A DNA stretch of 64,000 bases from Actinomycetota bacterium (GTDB lineage Bacteria; Actinomycetota; Actinomycetes; JBDIAW01), in assembly GCA_039812585.1 (NCBI GenBank), contig JBDIAW010000007.1, positions 1,162 to 65,161 of the forward strand, read 5' to 3'. Numbering within the stretch: position 1 is the stretch's first letter; each line of letters opens with the position of its first letter. Position numbers and translations under genes: made by a program. The notes below the pieces were generated by a model. The model worked only from the letters and a program-made list of their open reading frames with translations. It was not told the origin of the DNA and made no database searches. Shown here piece after piece: positions 37,111-45,704 of the stretch.

Positions 37111-38617
37111 CTCGGCTCACCCCACCTCGCTGTGTGGGTCAATCCAGCACAGCGCACCTCTGCACTCAGTCAGGCCTGCTTTGCCACACCTTTCCCCCCT
37201 CAGGCACAGATCATGAACTGGCTGGCGTTGCCTCTGCCAGCCTGAGAACAGCAGCTTTCTGCCTCGTAGACCATGGTGGTGCGCGATCTAAGCAGCCGTG
37301 ATCACCAGGAGGGCATCCTCGCTGAGGGGGTTGGTGAAGCTGCGGGTGCCAGAGTAGGTCACTGGCTCTGCCGTGCCTACGTTTTTCCCGGTGGAAGGGT
37401 TGATCCACTGAGCTTTACCGGGCCCGGAGAGCTTACCGAGGTTAATAGTGAGATTGCGCTGAACCGGGGTGTACGCCATGATCAACGATCCGTCTGACGA
37501 ACGGGCTGCGGTGGCGTAGGTATCGTTGCTGCCTCGCTCACCGGTCAGGATCGAGCCGTCGGTGTCAGGCGCCAGCGACGCGATGGGGTAGCGCTGCATC
37601 ACGATGCCCACCATGGCTGTGTCACGTGCACCTTGGCGATCGAGTTCTTTAACTGCCATCTGGCCTGCGGAACCAGGCTGTGTGTCCCAGTTCAAGACCG
37701 ATCCACCGTAGGCCACTCCCATGGCTTCAGCGAGGGCAGCCCACCAGCCGGTGCGTCTGTTGCGGCGGACTCCGAAGTCCCACCCGGAGCCGCAGCAGGG
37801 TTCCTGGTCGTAGTGCGGCTCCATGTGAAACACGGGTTTGGCGGGGGACCAGGCTCGTTGGTTGGACACGTAGCCGTAAGGCCAGGGAGAGCTTTCAGCG
37901 CTGAATTGGAAGGAATAGAAACTGTGCCATGAACGTGACTGCATCTGGGGTGCGCTGCTTTAGTTGTGGTAAGTGATGATTGCGGCGGGGTGAGCGCTGC
38001 GAATCGCCGGCCCCAAGATGTCAGCTTGGGCGATGAACTTCGCATTGTCGTCATCTCCTCCCAGGAACCAGATGACGTTGCTCGAGTTTTTGTACCGCTG
38101 CCCCAGGAAGCGGCCGTAGGCGGCCAACTCATCGTCACAAGGCGAGCGAGTCGATCCCCCATCGCCCCACCCCCCATTATTAGCTGCCCACAACGGGTTC
38201 AGCATCAATGTGATGCCTTGTGATTGGGCATATCGCACGAGCTCATCGGCTCCTTGCCACCAGGAAGGATCAGGAGAAGTTAACGTACCGTTCAGGAAAG
38301 GTTGACCGCGCACAGTGTCTTGCGTGTAGCTGTGAAATGAGAACGACGCCATGATGGTGTTATAGCCCTGGCGTTGACGAATCTGCATGTACTGCTTGAC
38401 AGCGGGGATGGTGTAACCGCTGAATATGTTCCACCCAGTGTCGGCCACCATAAAGAACGGTTTTCCGGAGTTGTCAGCCAGATAACGTTGATCGCTGCTC
38501 ACGCTCAGAGGCCAAGTGGGAGTTCCAGTCGATGAGGGGACTCGGGATGTGGAGGGCGATGCGACCTGGCTGATCGAACCAGTGCTGTGAGGGGGGGCTC
38601 CACGAGGTCGTGGCGGT

Positions 38618-38629
38618 GGGGGGGGGGGG
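38618..38629. repeat. G12 homopolymer inside Pro-rich linker coding region
   Basis: tgg gggggggggg t; encodes CCC (Pro) codons on the minus strand. Candidate slipped-strand or sequencing-error site. Confidence 0.9.
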
Positions 38630-38637
38630 TGTGGGCA

Positions 38638-38649
38638 GGGGGGGGGGGG
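38638..38649. repeat. second G12 homopolymer, 8 bp from the first
   Basis: ggg ggggggggg c at 38638-38649. Confidence 0.9.
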
Positions 38650-38955
38650 CAGAGGGCGCAGTGGGGGAGGGTGTCTGGTCCGTCACGATGTCGGTGCGGG
38701 TCGAGGTCACCGTGGAGCGATCATCCTGGCTTGCTGTCAGCAGACCAGCGATCAGTGTGGCTATACCCAGGATGACGCAGGTAACTACTGCTCGCGTACG
38801 CCAGGGTCTTGTTGCCGGTTTGGGTAATGGACTCATTCTCGGCGACTCCTTATGCCCTCCAGTCCCACAACGCGTCAGCGCTCTCTTGTCAAGAGTAGAG
38901 ATGTACTCATGGTGAGGTGTGAAAACTGGCTAAAGCCCAAGTGGGCTACCCCCGG

Positions 38956-39336
38956 TCAGGTGACAGTCAAAGGGGTGCGCAGGCCGTCTCCAGCCATACC
39001 GGGCTTGCATTGGGCGGTGTAGGTACCCGGTTGGGTGAGCTCCACGGTCATGGTGCGCGACAGGCCGGGGGAGATGTCCTCCACCTCGCTGATGACCCGA
39101 TCACCCTCGCCCAGCAGGTACAACTCGGTGAGCTTGCTGCCGGAGTTGGTCACCGTGAACTCCACTTTCCCCTTCGCCACGCTGGTGCGCGAGAGTTGAC
39201 AAGCGTTGTCGGTGGAGGTGACGGTGACGGTGACCTTCTCGGTGGAGGCTGAGGTTGAGGTGCTGCTGCAGGCGCTCAAAGTCAACACTGCACTAGCGGC
39301 GGCGAGGGTGGGCAGGACGCGATGAAACTGGTGCAT
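38956..39336 (-). CDS. cupredoxin-like lipoprotein (EfeO N-terminal-domain-like iron uptake component)
   Basis: Lipobox LTLSAC. Small beta-sandwich with KVEFTVTNSGSKLTELYLL. Lies immediately downstream of the FTR1 permease. Confidence 0.65.
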   Translation of the reverse strand: MHQFHRVLPTLAAASAVLTLSACSSTSTSASTEKVTVTVTSTDNACQLSRTSVAKGKVEFTVTNSGSKLTELYLLGEGDRVISEVEDISPGLSRTMTVELTQPGTYTAQCKPGMAGDGLRTPLTVT

Positions 39337-39369
39337 AGCGGGTTTCCTTTCGATCTAGGTCAGGGTCAG

Positions 39370-40257
39370 TTAGCGGGCGCTGGAGATCAGCTGCGGCATT
39401 GCGGTGGGGTCGGTGACCCCCACCGGCGGGCTGGCGGGGGTACGGACTGGTCGTAGGAACGCAGGCAACACCACGGTGAGGTAGGCCAGCCAGGCGATGG
39501 CCTGAAGCCAGGTAGCGGTCGGGGTGAGGTTGAACATCCCCTTGGCGAGCACCGCATACCAGGTCGATGGGTCGATCATGTGGCTGATGTCGAAGGCCAG
39601 GCTGTTTTGCCCCGGCAGCACTCCGGCCTCCTGCAGGTCGTGGATGCCGTAGGCCAGAATCCCGGCTGCGACCAGGATCAACGCCACCCCGGTGACGCGG
39701 AAAAACAGGTGCAGGTTGATGCGGATTGCCCCCTGGTAGATCAGCACGCCGAGCACCACTGCACTACCCAGCCCCACCGCCCAGCCCAGCAGTGGCCACA
39801 TCGAGCCGACCTGTGCAGCTTGCACGGTGGCGTAGAAGAAAATCGCCGTCTCCAGGCCCTCGCGGCCTACTGCCAGGAAGGCCACGAGGGCCACTGCCAA
39901 GGCGGTTTTTCGCGTCGAGCCTGCCCCCAGTGCGCGGCTCAACCGGCCTTTGAGCTGCCCGGTCAGGGTAGCGGCGGCGGTGCGCATCCACAGCACCATG
40001 CCGGTAACAAACGCCACCGCAACCAGGGAGGCCACGCCTCCTATCAGCTCTTGGGCGCGAAAGCTCAGTGTGGAGGTGCCGTAGGTGAGCAGCGCACCCA
40101 GCGCCACCGACAGAGTTACTGCGGCGAGCACCCCGGCAGCCACCCACCGTAACGCTTCCCGCCGGCCTGTTTTGACCAGGAAGGCCACCAGAATGACCAC
40201 GACCAGGGCAGCTTCCAAACCTTCACGCAAGCCGATGAGGGCGTTACTGAGCAACAC
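39370..40257 (-). CDS. efeU: FTR1/EfeU-family high-affinity iron permease
   Basis: Two REXXE motifs (REGLEAALVV and REGLETAIFF) in a polytopic membrane protein. Confidence 0.85.
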   Translation of the reverse strand: MLLSNALIGLREGLEAALVVVILVAFLVKTGRREALRWVAAGVLAAVTLSVALGALLTYGTSTLSFRAQELIGGVASLVAVAFVTGMVLWMRTAAATLTGQLKGRLSRALGAGSTRKTALAVALVAFLAVGREGLETAIFFYATVQAAQVGSMWPLLGWAVGLGSAVVLGVLIYQGAIRINLHLFFRVTGVALILVAAGILAYGIHDLQEAGVLPGQNSLAFDISHMIDPSTWYAVLAKGMFNLTPTATWLQAIAWLAYLTVVLPAFLRPVRTPASPPVGVTDPTAMPQLISSAR

Positions 40258-40282
40258 GGTGGATCTCCTTGGCGGGGCCGCG

Positions 40283-40301
40283 AGTAGCTAACTTAGGTTA
40301 G
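40283..40301. promoter_or_regulatory. IdeR/DtxR iron box upstream of efeU
   Basis: TTAGGTTAGCCTAACCTTA compared with consensus TTAGGTTAGGCTAACCTAA (17/19 matches; a palindrome). It lies 26 bp upstream of the efeU start codon. Confidence 0.75.
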
Positions 40302-40319
40302 CCTAACCTTATCCGTAAG

Positions 40320-41423
40320 TCACTCCAGGGAGTCGGCTGCTGGCACCCGCACTCGTAGCGCCCCGGGCTGCACTCGGGCTGACAGGGTGGAAGCCACCCC
40401 CACCGGGTCACCGTCGATCTGAGCCAGTTTGGGGTGAGCCAGAGTGGCCGATAACACCTGCCCCTGGTAGTGGTCAACATTGCGGTGACCACGACGACGG
40501 TGGGTGATCAACTGCACCATCACCCCCATCCAACCCACCACCGAGCGAGGGGAGAGGATCAGCGCGTCCAGCGCGCCATCATCGACTGCAGCGTTAGGCA
40601 TGAGGGAGATCCCCGCCTGGATTTTGCCGCAGTTGCCGATGAGCACGCTACGGACCCGCCCGTTGTGCACCAGCCGTTGCTCGATGCGCAACTCCAGGCG
40701 CACCCGATGCCCCCGCAAACGGCGCGCACCAGAGACCACATACGCCACCGGGCCCATACGCGCCTTGAGCTTGGCTGGGGCATGAGCCATGATCTCCGCG
40801 TCATACCCCAAACCGGTCATGACCAGAAACGCCTGCTCAGGCTGGTCGTTCAGGCTGACCCAACCCACATCGATGGTGCGATCCACCCCAGTGAGGGCCA
40901 CCTCCACAGCCGCCGCCAGATCGTCTAAGGGGTGGCCAAGATTACGAGCCAGCAGATTGCCCGTACCAGCAGGCAGCAGCCCCAACGGCACATCCCGACC
41001 GGCCAACTCCTGCGCCACGCAGCGCACCGTGCCATCGCCTCCACAGGCCATCACCAGGTCGGGTTGCTGGTGCAGCGCTTGCTGGGTCTGGCCACAGCCC
41101 GGATCTTCCGCCGTGGTCTCCACAAACTGCGGGGGTTGCCAACCCCACCGCTGGCACGCATCAGCAATCGTTGCTTGAACCTGCCCCACCGACCCATGAT
41201 CAAATTTGCTGGGATTGATGATGACAATGGCCCGTCCGGGCTGAGGGGCATTCACCCTGGTTAGCTTAGGGGCAGGCATTCGGCGCAGCCGCAGCCGATG
41301 CCGGGCTGCCTGCACGAACTGCTCCACATGAGCGCCCCAGCCTGATGCAGTTGGGCGTGCGGCAGGAAGTACAGGAGCAGAAGGGGTCGGCGGCTTTGAC
41401 AGGCCTTGGTGCTGGTGCATCAC
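40320..41423 (-). CDS. diacylglycerol kinase-family lipid kinase (YegS/BmrU type)
   Basis: AIVIINPSKF...ACGGDGTVRCVAQELAG...LLPAGTGNLLARNLG. Likely real start is the Met at 41279. Confidence 0.8.
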   Translation of the reverse strand: MMHQHQGLSKPPTPSAPVLPAARPTASGWGAHVEQFVQAARHRLRLRRMPAPKLTRVNAPQPGRAIVIINPSKFDHGSVGQVQATIADACQRWGWQPPQFVETTAEDPGCGQTQQALHQQPDLVMACGGDGTVRCVAQELAGRDVPLGLLPAGTGNLLARNLGHPLDDLAAAVEVALTGVDRTIDVGWVSLNDQPEQAFLVMTGLGYDAEIMAHAPAKLKARMGPVAYVVSGARRLRGHRVRLELRIEQRLVHNGRVRSVLIGNCGKIQAGISLMPNAAVDDGALDALILSPRSVVGWMGVMVQLITHRRRGHRNVDHYQGQVLSATLAHPKLAQIDGDPVGVASTLSARVQPGALRVRVPAADSLE

Positions 41424-41426
41424 CGT

Positions 41427-41732
41427 CTACTGTGGGAGGCCAGGAGGAGCAACAACTGGGTTACCCAGGGAGAACCCCTCCTCCAGCAGCCGGGGGGAGT
41501 AGGTGCGAAACGCGATGTGCGTTTCGGTGCGGGTTACTCCAGGCACCTTATTGAGACGGTCGGCCACCACCTCAGCGATCTGATCGTGGCTGGCGACCCG
41601 CACCAAGGCAATCAGGTCCAGATTCCCCGTCACCGAATACACCTCACTGACACCCTCCAGGTCAGCAATAGCTTGAGCCACATCGGGAATGCAATCCACT
41701 TGTGCGTTGATAAACACCATCGCGGTCACCAT
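41427..41732 (-). CDS. stand-alone Lrp/AsnC C-terminal (RAM) ligand-binding domain protein
   Basis: MVFINAQVDCIPDVAQAIADLEGVSEVYSVTGNLDLIALVRVAS; no HTH region. Start at the internal Met. Confidence 0.5.
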   Translation of the reverse strand: MVTAMVFINAQVDCIPDVAQAIADLEGVSEVYSVTGNLDLIALVRVASHDQIAEVVADRLNKVPGVTRTETHIAFRTYSPRLLEEGFSLGNPVVAPPGLPQ

Positions 41733-42049
41733 GCCAGCCCATGCTAGTGCCACCGAGGTCCTACCCCATGATGTCTGCGGCAGTGATGAGCGAGGCTCGC
41801 CAAGACTCACTGGTTCGTTCCACGAATCGGGCTGCTGGCCAGGAGTTGTTCGGGCGGCATCATGAGGACGCGCTCGGTGGTGGCTTCGGTGGACTCGGGA
41901 AGAGTCGTGAGCCGATACCCCGACTTGCGTGCCGGGGTCACGTTGTCATCTGTGTCACGGGGTCCTCATAGCAGTCGGTCTGGCACAGCTGGTGTCCGTT
42001 GCAGTGTGACGAACCAGTGTTACTTGACATAACGTGCATTATCGGCGTT

Positions 42050-42077
42050 GAAACCAACGGGAGTACAACTAGATGCA
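42050..42077 (-). terminator. weak hairpin (7-bp stem gggagta/tactccc, 14-nt loop) 100 bp downstream of ATPase stop, followed by GTTGGTTT
   Basis: gggagtacaactagatgcaactactccc. Confidence 0.25.
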
Positions 42078-42176
42078 ACTACTCCCGTCACTCGACGTGG
42101 GCGGCCGCAGCTGGTCAAAGTCATCGACGGACTATGGGGGGTCTCGCTCGAGGCTTGCCGTGCAGCGCATCTCGGC

Positions 42177-44366
42177 TCAGAGGTTCTTCACCTGACGGTA
42201 GAGATCGCGCAGTGCGGCGTCGGACATGTCGATGATGGGCTCGTACATGAACGAATTCACATGGATGTTCTCCGGCGTCATCAGCACCACAGTGTCGAGC
42301 GTGTTCACAGCCTCGGGCGTTCCTGCTCCCCGGCTCTTGAAAGCCCGGAACAGCGCTTGCGTCTGGTTCGCCACAATGGCGCCTGTGAAGACCGGGTCCG
42401 CCAACTTGTCGATCATGTACTTCTCCGCGAGTACCCTCGTGGCGATCGACAGCACGATTTTGTTCTCGAAGTTCACTCCCTCGGGCGCCGTGAGGGCGAG
42501 GTCGGCCTGCTCGATCAGAAGGTCCACCACGCGATCACCCTGCGGCGCCCACGCCTTGTGCTGCTGCTCGGGGAAGGTGTCCTTGAAGATTCGGTCGAGG
42601 TTGGCATGGGTAATAGAGTCCGAGTTTGACTTCCAGTGCAACAGCGACGTGAGCGTGATGTAGTCGGGGTCGTCCTCGCCTTTCGTGTACTCAAGGATGT
42701 TCCGCACGAACGGAATCGAGGCGATGCGCTGCATGCCGTCGGAGAAGAAGTTCACTTTGAACCCGCGTATGAACGGGTTGTTGACATGCTGAGCCTGGTT
42801 AAGGACAACCTTGGAGTCGCCCTTCTGAGCCATAAAGCACCGGTTATAGCCCACGACGCCGCGGCTGAGAAGCGTTCGGAAGAAGTCGAAGTTGTGCGTG
42901 AGCAGCACGAGCTTGAAGTCAGTGTGCTCAGCCATCTCTTTGAGGTACTGAATAATGGCGTACTTGTTCTTGTAGTCGAACGAGTCGGCAAGATCGTCGA
43001 TGACGAAGAGGGTCTCGCGGCCCACAGCCTTGCGCGTTTCCATCTCAAAGAGAACGTTGAGGATGTAAAGGGCCTTCTTCTCGCCCTGGCTCAAGACAGA
43101 CAGCAGGTCATCCCTCTCCACCCCCCTCGACTCGCCACCCTCCTCGAACTTGAAGATCAGCTTGAGCATGGCCTCCTGGCCGAGCGCAACCTTGTGCTTG
43201 TTCTCGGCACTCAGGCGAAACGGGACGAAGAAGCGGTCGTTGAAGATCCGAATGACCTTTTCCCAGTGCGTGCTCTCTTCAGCAGCCTGTTTCTCGATCT
43301 CCTTCCTGCGTTGCTCCGTACCCTTGAGGCAGGTGACGACGCGCTGGTACAGCTCCTCGCGCGTCTTCAGGTACGCCTTCCAGACCTTCTGCTGGAACGA
43401 GCCCACGTTCATGAGCTCAGGTAACAGCTCCTCTCGGTTAGCGATGAAGTTGAAGAAGTTGCGTGCGTCGACGTTTTTCTGCAGAGCCCTCTCGACCGCG
43501 TCCAGCTTCTTGCGGAGGGCATCGTCGTTCGTGATCCGTTTCTTTTCCTCGGCGATCAGCGCCTTTAGGTCGGCGTCGTTCGTGACTGTCCGCACTGTTT
43601 CTCCGTCCTGGTCGTGCAAGAGCAGTGAGTGCTTTGCGGAGAAGAAGCCGTTGTCGCCCAAACTCTTCGTGACGTTCGTCGCGTTGTAGAAGGTGAACGA
43701 ACTCCGGTTGAAGAACGGTGACTCGTCCAGGAGCTCGTTGAGGCGCTTGACATACTCAGCCAGCTCTGCCTGGACGCCTGGGGTGCGTAGGACGGCGTCG
43801 ACCTTGTCGTTGAAGAGGACGTCGTACGGCAGGTCCGCGAACCTGGTGTCATCGAGCTGGCCGACCTCGTACTCAACACGTGCTAACGCTTCGAAGAACT
43901 TGTCGGCCTCTGGGGTGAAGACCCTTGACACGGTGGCGATGACGTCCTGCTTCGTGCCGGACTGCTCGCGCAGCGCAGAGACCAGCTCGTCCCGCGCCTG
44001 GACGAGGTCGACCTGGAGGCCTTCGTACTCCCGTCGCAATGCTGCGTTGACCAGCAGAGTCGATGTGGACTCGGTAGGCCCCAATGCCTCGTCGTAGGAG
44101 AGCACGACCACGACGTCGTCCGGGTCTAGTTCGTCGCCTTTCTCGTCGGTGATGCGCCGCTCAGTATCCCTCGTCGGGAACATGCGGTCGGACGACTCCT
44201 GGCCGCTGGCGAGATCCTTGAACGTGTGGGCGAGCGACGTCTTCATCGTGCCGTTGGGAGCGTAGACCGCGACGGCGCGCCCGCTCGCGAAGTCGAACGT
44301 CGCATCCAGTTCTCGGATGCCATGGCAGTTCTTCAGCTCGACTTTGAGTTTCTCCATGGCCACCAA
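42177..44366 (-). CDS. Rad50/RloC-like ABC (SMC-type) ATPase with ~400-aa coiled-coil insertion and uncharacterised ~280-aa C-terminal domain; candidate defense/abortive-infection protein
   Basis: Walker A AVYAPNGTMKTSLAHTF at the N-terminus. Long charged helical region. ABC signature LSQGEKKALYILNVLF, Walker B LFVIDDLADSF, H-loop LLTHNF. ~58% GC against the ~67% background. Confidence 0.8.
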   Translation of the reverse strand: MVAMEKLKVELKNCHGIRELDATFDFASGRAVAVYAPNGTMKTSLAHTFKDLASGQESSDRMFPTRDTERRITDEKGDELDPDDVVVVLSYDEALGPTESTSTLLVNAALRREYEGLQVDLVQARDELVSALREQSGTKQDVIATVSRVFTPEADKFFEALARVEYEVGQLDDTRFADLPYDVLFNDKVDAVLRTPGVQAELAEYVKRLNELLDESPFFNRSSFTFYNATNVTKSLGDNGFFSAKHSLLLHDQDGETVRTVTNDADLKALIAEEKKRITNDDALRKKLDAVERALQKNVDARNFFNFIANREELLPELMNVGSFQQKVWKAYLKTREELYQRVVTCLKGTEQRRKEIEKQAAEESTHWEKVIRIFNDRFFVPFRLSAENKHKVALGQEAMLKLIFKFEEGGESRGVERDDLLSVLSQGEKKALYILNVLFEMETRKAVGRETLFVIDDLADSFDYKNKYAIIQYLKEMAEHTDFKLVLLTHNFDFFRTLLSRGVVGYNRCFMAQKGDSKVVLNQAQHVNNPFIRGFKVNFFSDGMQRIASIPFVRNILEYTKGEDDPDYITLTSLLHWKSNSDSITHANLDRIFKDTFPEQQHKAWAPQGDRVVDLLIEQADLALTAPEGVNFENKIVLSIATRVLAEKYMIDKLADPVFTGAIVANQTQALFRAFKSRGAGTPEAVNTLDTVVLMTPENIHVNSFMYEPIIDMSDAALRDLYRQVKNL

Positions 44367-44421
44367 CCTAGGGCGTGACGGTTCAGACGCAAGCGGCGTC
44401 CGGGCTCAGCAACTGCCGCGC

Positions 44422-44745
44422 CTAGAAACAGGTGCGAGAGCTGGTCGCCCCCCTTGCATTGCGGTGTTTCCGCAGGACACAGGCGAATGGCCCCTGGGCC
44501 CGGGGTCCGACGTGCACCGGAGCAGCCAGATATCGCCTGCTCAACAGGGGCTGGAGCGCTTCCACAAGGCGGTCGCCGTTGCTGAACAGGTCAGCCTGAT
44601 CGCTGAAACCCATCGCCACAGCAAGTTCTTGGGTCACTCTTGCGGGGCCGGACCACTCCACGAGGCCCGAACACAGGATGGCTCTCTCACGGTCCGTCAG
44701 GTCCAACTGAAATGCGCTCGCCCACGGACACAGCGTTGCACGCAA
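44422..44745 (-). CDS. hypothetical small protein immediately upstream of the ABC ATPase
   Basis: 107-aa ORF with no recognisable motif, on the same strand and 55 bp upstream of the ATPase start. Confidence 0.3.
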   Translation of the reverse strand: MRATLCPWASAFQLDLTDRERAILCSGLVEWSGPARVTQELAVAMGFSDQADLFSNGDRLVEALQPLLSRRYLAAPVHVGPRAQGPFACVLRKHRNARGATSSRTCF

Positions 44746-44919
44746 TTCGACAGATAAGCGATGTCACGCGCCCAAGCGATGAGTTGCTCCCAGCTTCGCC
44801 CGCTCTCCCGGAACCGTAGGTCGCCGGAAGATCACCAACTCGTCGCAGTCCAACTTGTCGCTTCGTCAGTTCTTGGTGGAGGAGATCAGTGCGGTGCTCA
44901 CGCCATGGATTGGTTCAGG

Positions 44920-45686
44920 TTAAGCGCTAGCCAAAGCCTGCTGGAGCGCGGTGGTCAGTGCCAGTAAGAGGAAGGTGACGAAGGCGGCTGCGTTGGCCTC
45001 ATGGTCGCTGGTGCGTAGGGCCGCGTAGTAGTCCTGTTGCCGGTCGCGGATTACGGTCTCCACGGGAAGGTAGGCCAGCAGGGGTTGCCAGCGGGTCAGG
45101 ATCAGCGACTGCCACAGGCGGCCCAGGCGGCCATTACCGTCGGTGAAGGGGTGAATGAACTCAAGTTCGTAGTGCACCAGACAGCTGCTGACCAGGGGAT
45201 GTTCATCGGTGGAGCTCAGCCATCCCAGCAGATCCCCCACCAGGATGGGTACGCGCGCCGCAGGGGGAGCCATGTGGATCAGTTGATCGTCACGGAAGAC
45301 CCCTACTCCACCGCAGCGAAAATGGCCCGCAGGCTCGGCCAACCCGGCCATGAGTAGGCCATGAGCGGTCAGCAGGTCTTCCACACGGACGGGATCCCAC
45401 GTGGCATTGCCTCATAGGCAGCCAGCGCATTGGTCACCTCCAGGATCTCGCGGGGATGACCCAACACTGGCTTGCCCTCGATGACTGCACTGACCTGCTC
45501 CACGGTCAGGCAGTTGGCTTCGATGGCTAGGGAGGCATGGATGCTGCGGATACGGTTGCCCCGCTGCAACTGCGGTGAGTTGACCCGTTCGCCTAACGCG
45601 CGTAAACCACCTACCAGTTCGGCAATCTCGGCCACCTGAGCGGTGATGGTGCTGCTGTGGGTGAAGGGGGGCGCATAGTCCGCCAC
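44920..45686 (-). pseudogene. Fic/DOC-family protein disrupted by a frameshift
   Basis: The N-terminal half (45369..45686, ...TVEQVSAVIEGKPVL) and C-terminal half (44920..45384, HPFTDGNGRLGRLW Fic motif) are in different frames and overlap by 16 nt. Confidence 0.6.
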
Positions 45687-45704
45687 GGGCTACTCCTTGG
45701 TGGG

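Larger units (their letters stand above)
37288..38836 (-). pseudogene. disrupted secreted GH140-like glycoside hydrolase (DUF4038 + collagen-binding-like C-terminal domain): frameshift plus in-frame TAA
   Basis: Signal peptide and Pro-rich linker are in one frame (38474..38836). The catalytic domain is in another frame (GTG 38502, KPFFMVADTGWNIF). A TAA at 37960-37962 lies in frame between ...AIITYHN and MQSRSW.... Both frames stay open and Pro-rich across the poly-G region. Confidence 0.45.

Noticed and set aside
38474-38502. Treating 38474..38836 (signal peptide + Pro-rich region) and 37960..38502 as two independent genes
   Set aside because: The downstream ORF lacks its own signal peptide. 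The upstream one has no domain beyond a linker. Both frames remain open and Pro-rich across the G12 tracts. A single disrupted secreted hydrolase is more parsimonious.
41741-41971. 76-aa plus-strand ORF overlapping the end of the Lrp-like gene
   Set aside because: Low-complexity, no RBS and overlaps a better-supported gene. Considered as a partner for the ATPase but there is no support.
42048-43424. Plus-strand ORFs (42048..42629, 42636..43424) antisense to the ABC ATPase
   Set aside because: No motifs and an Arg/Leu/Val-rich composition. The opposite strand encodes a protein with clear Walker/ABC motifs.
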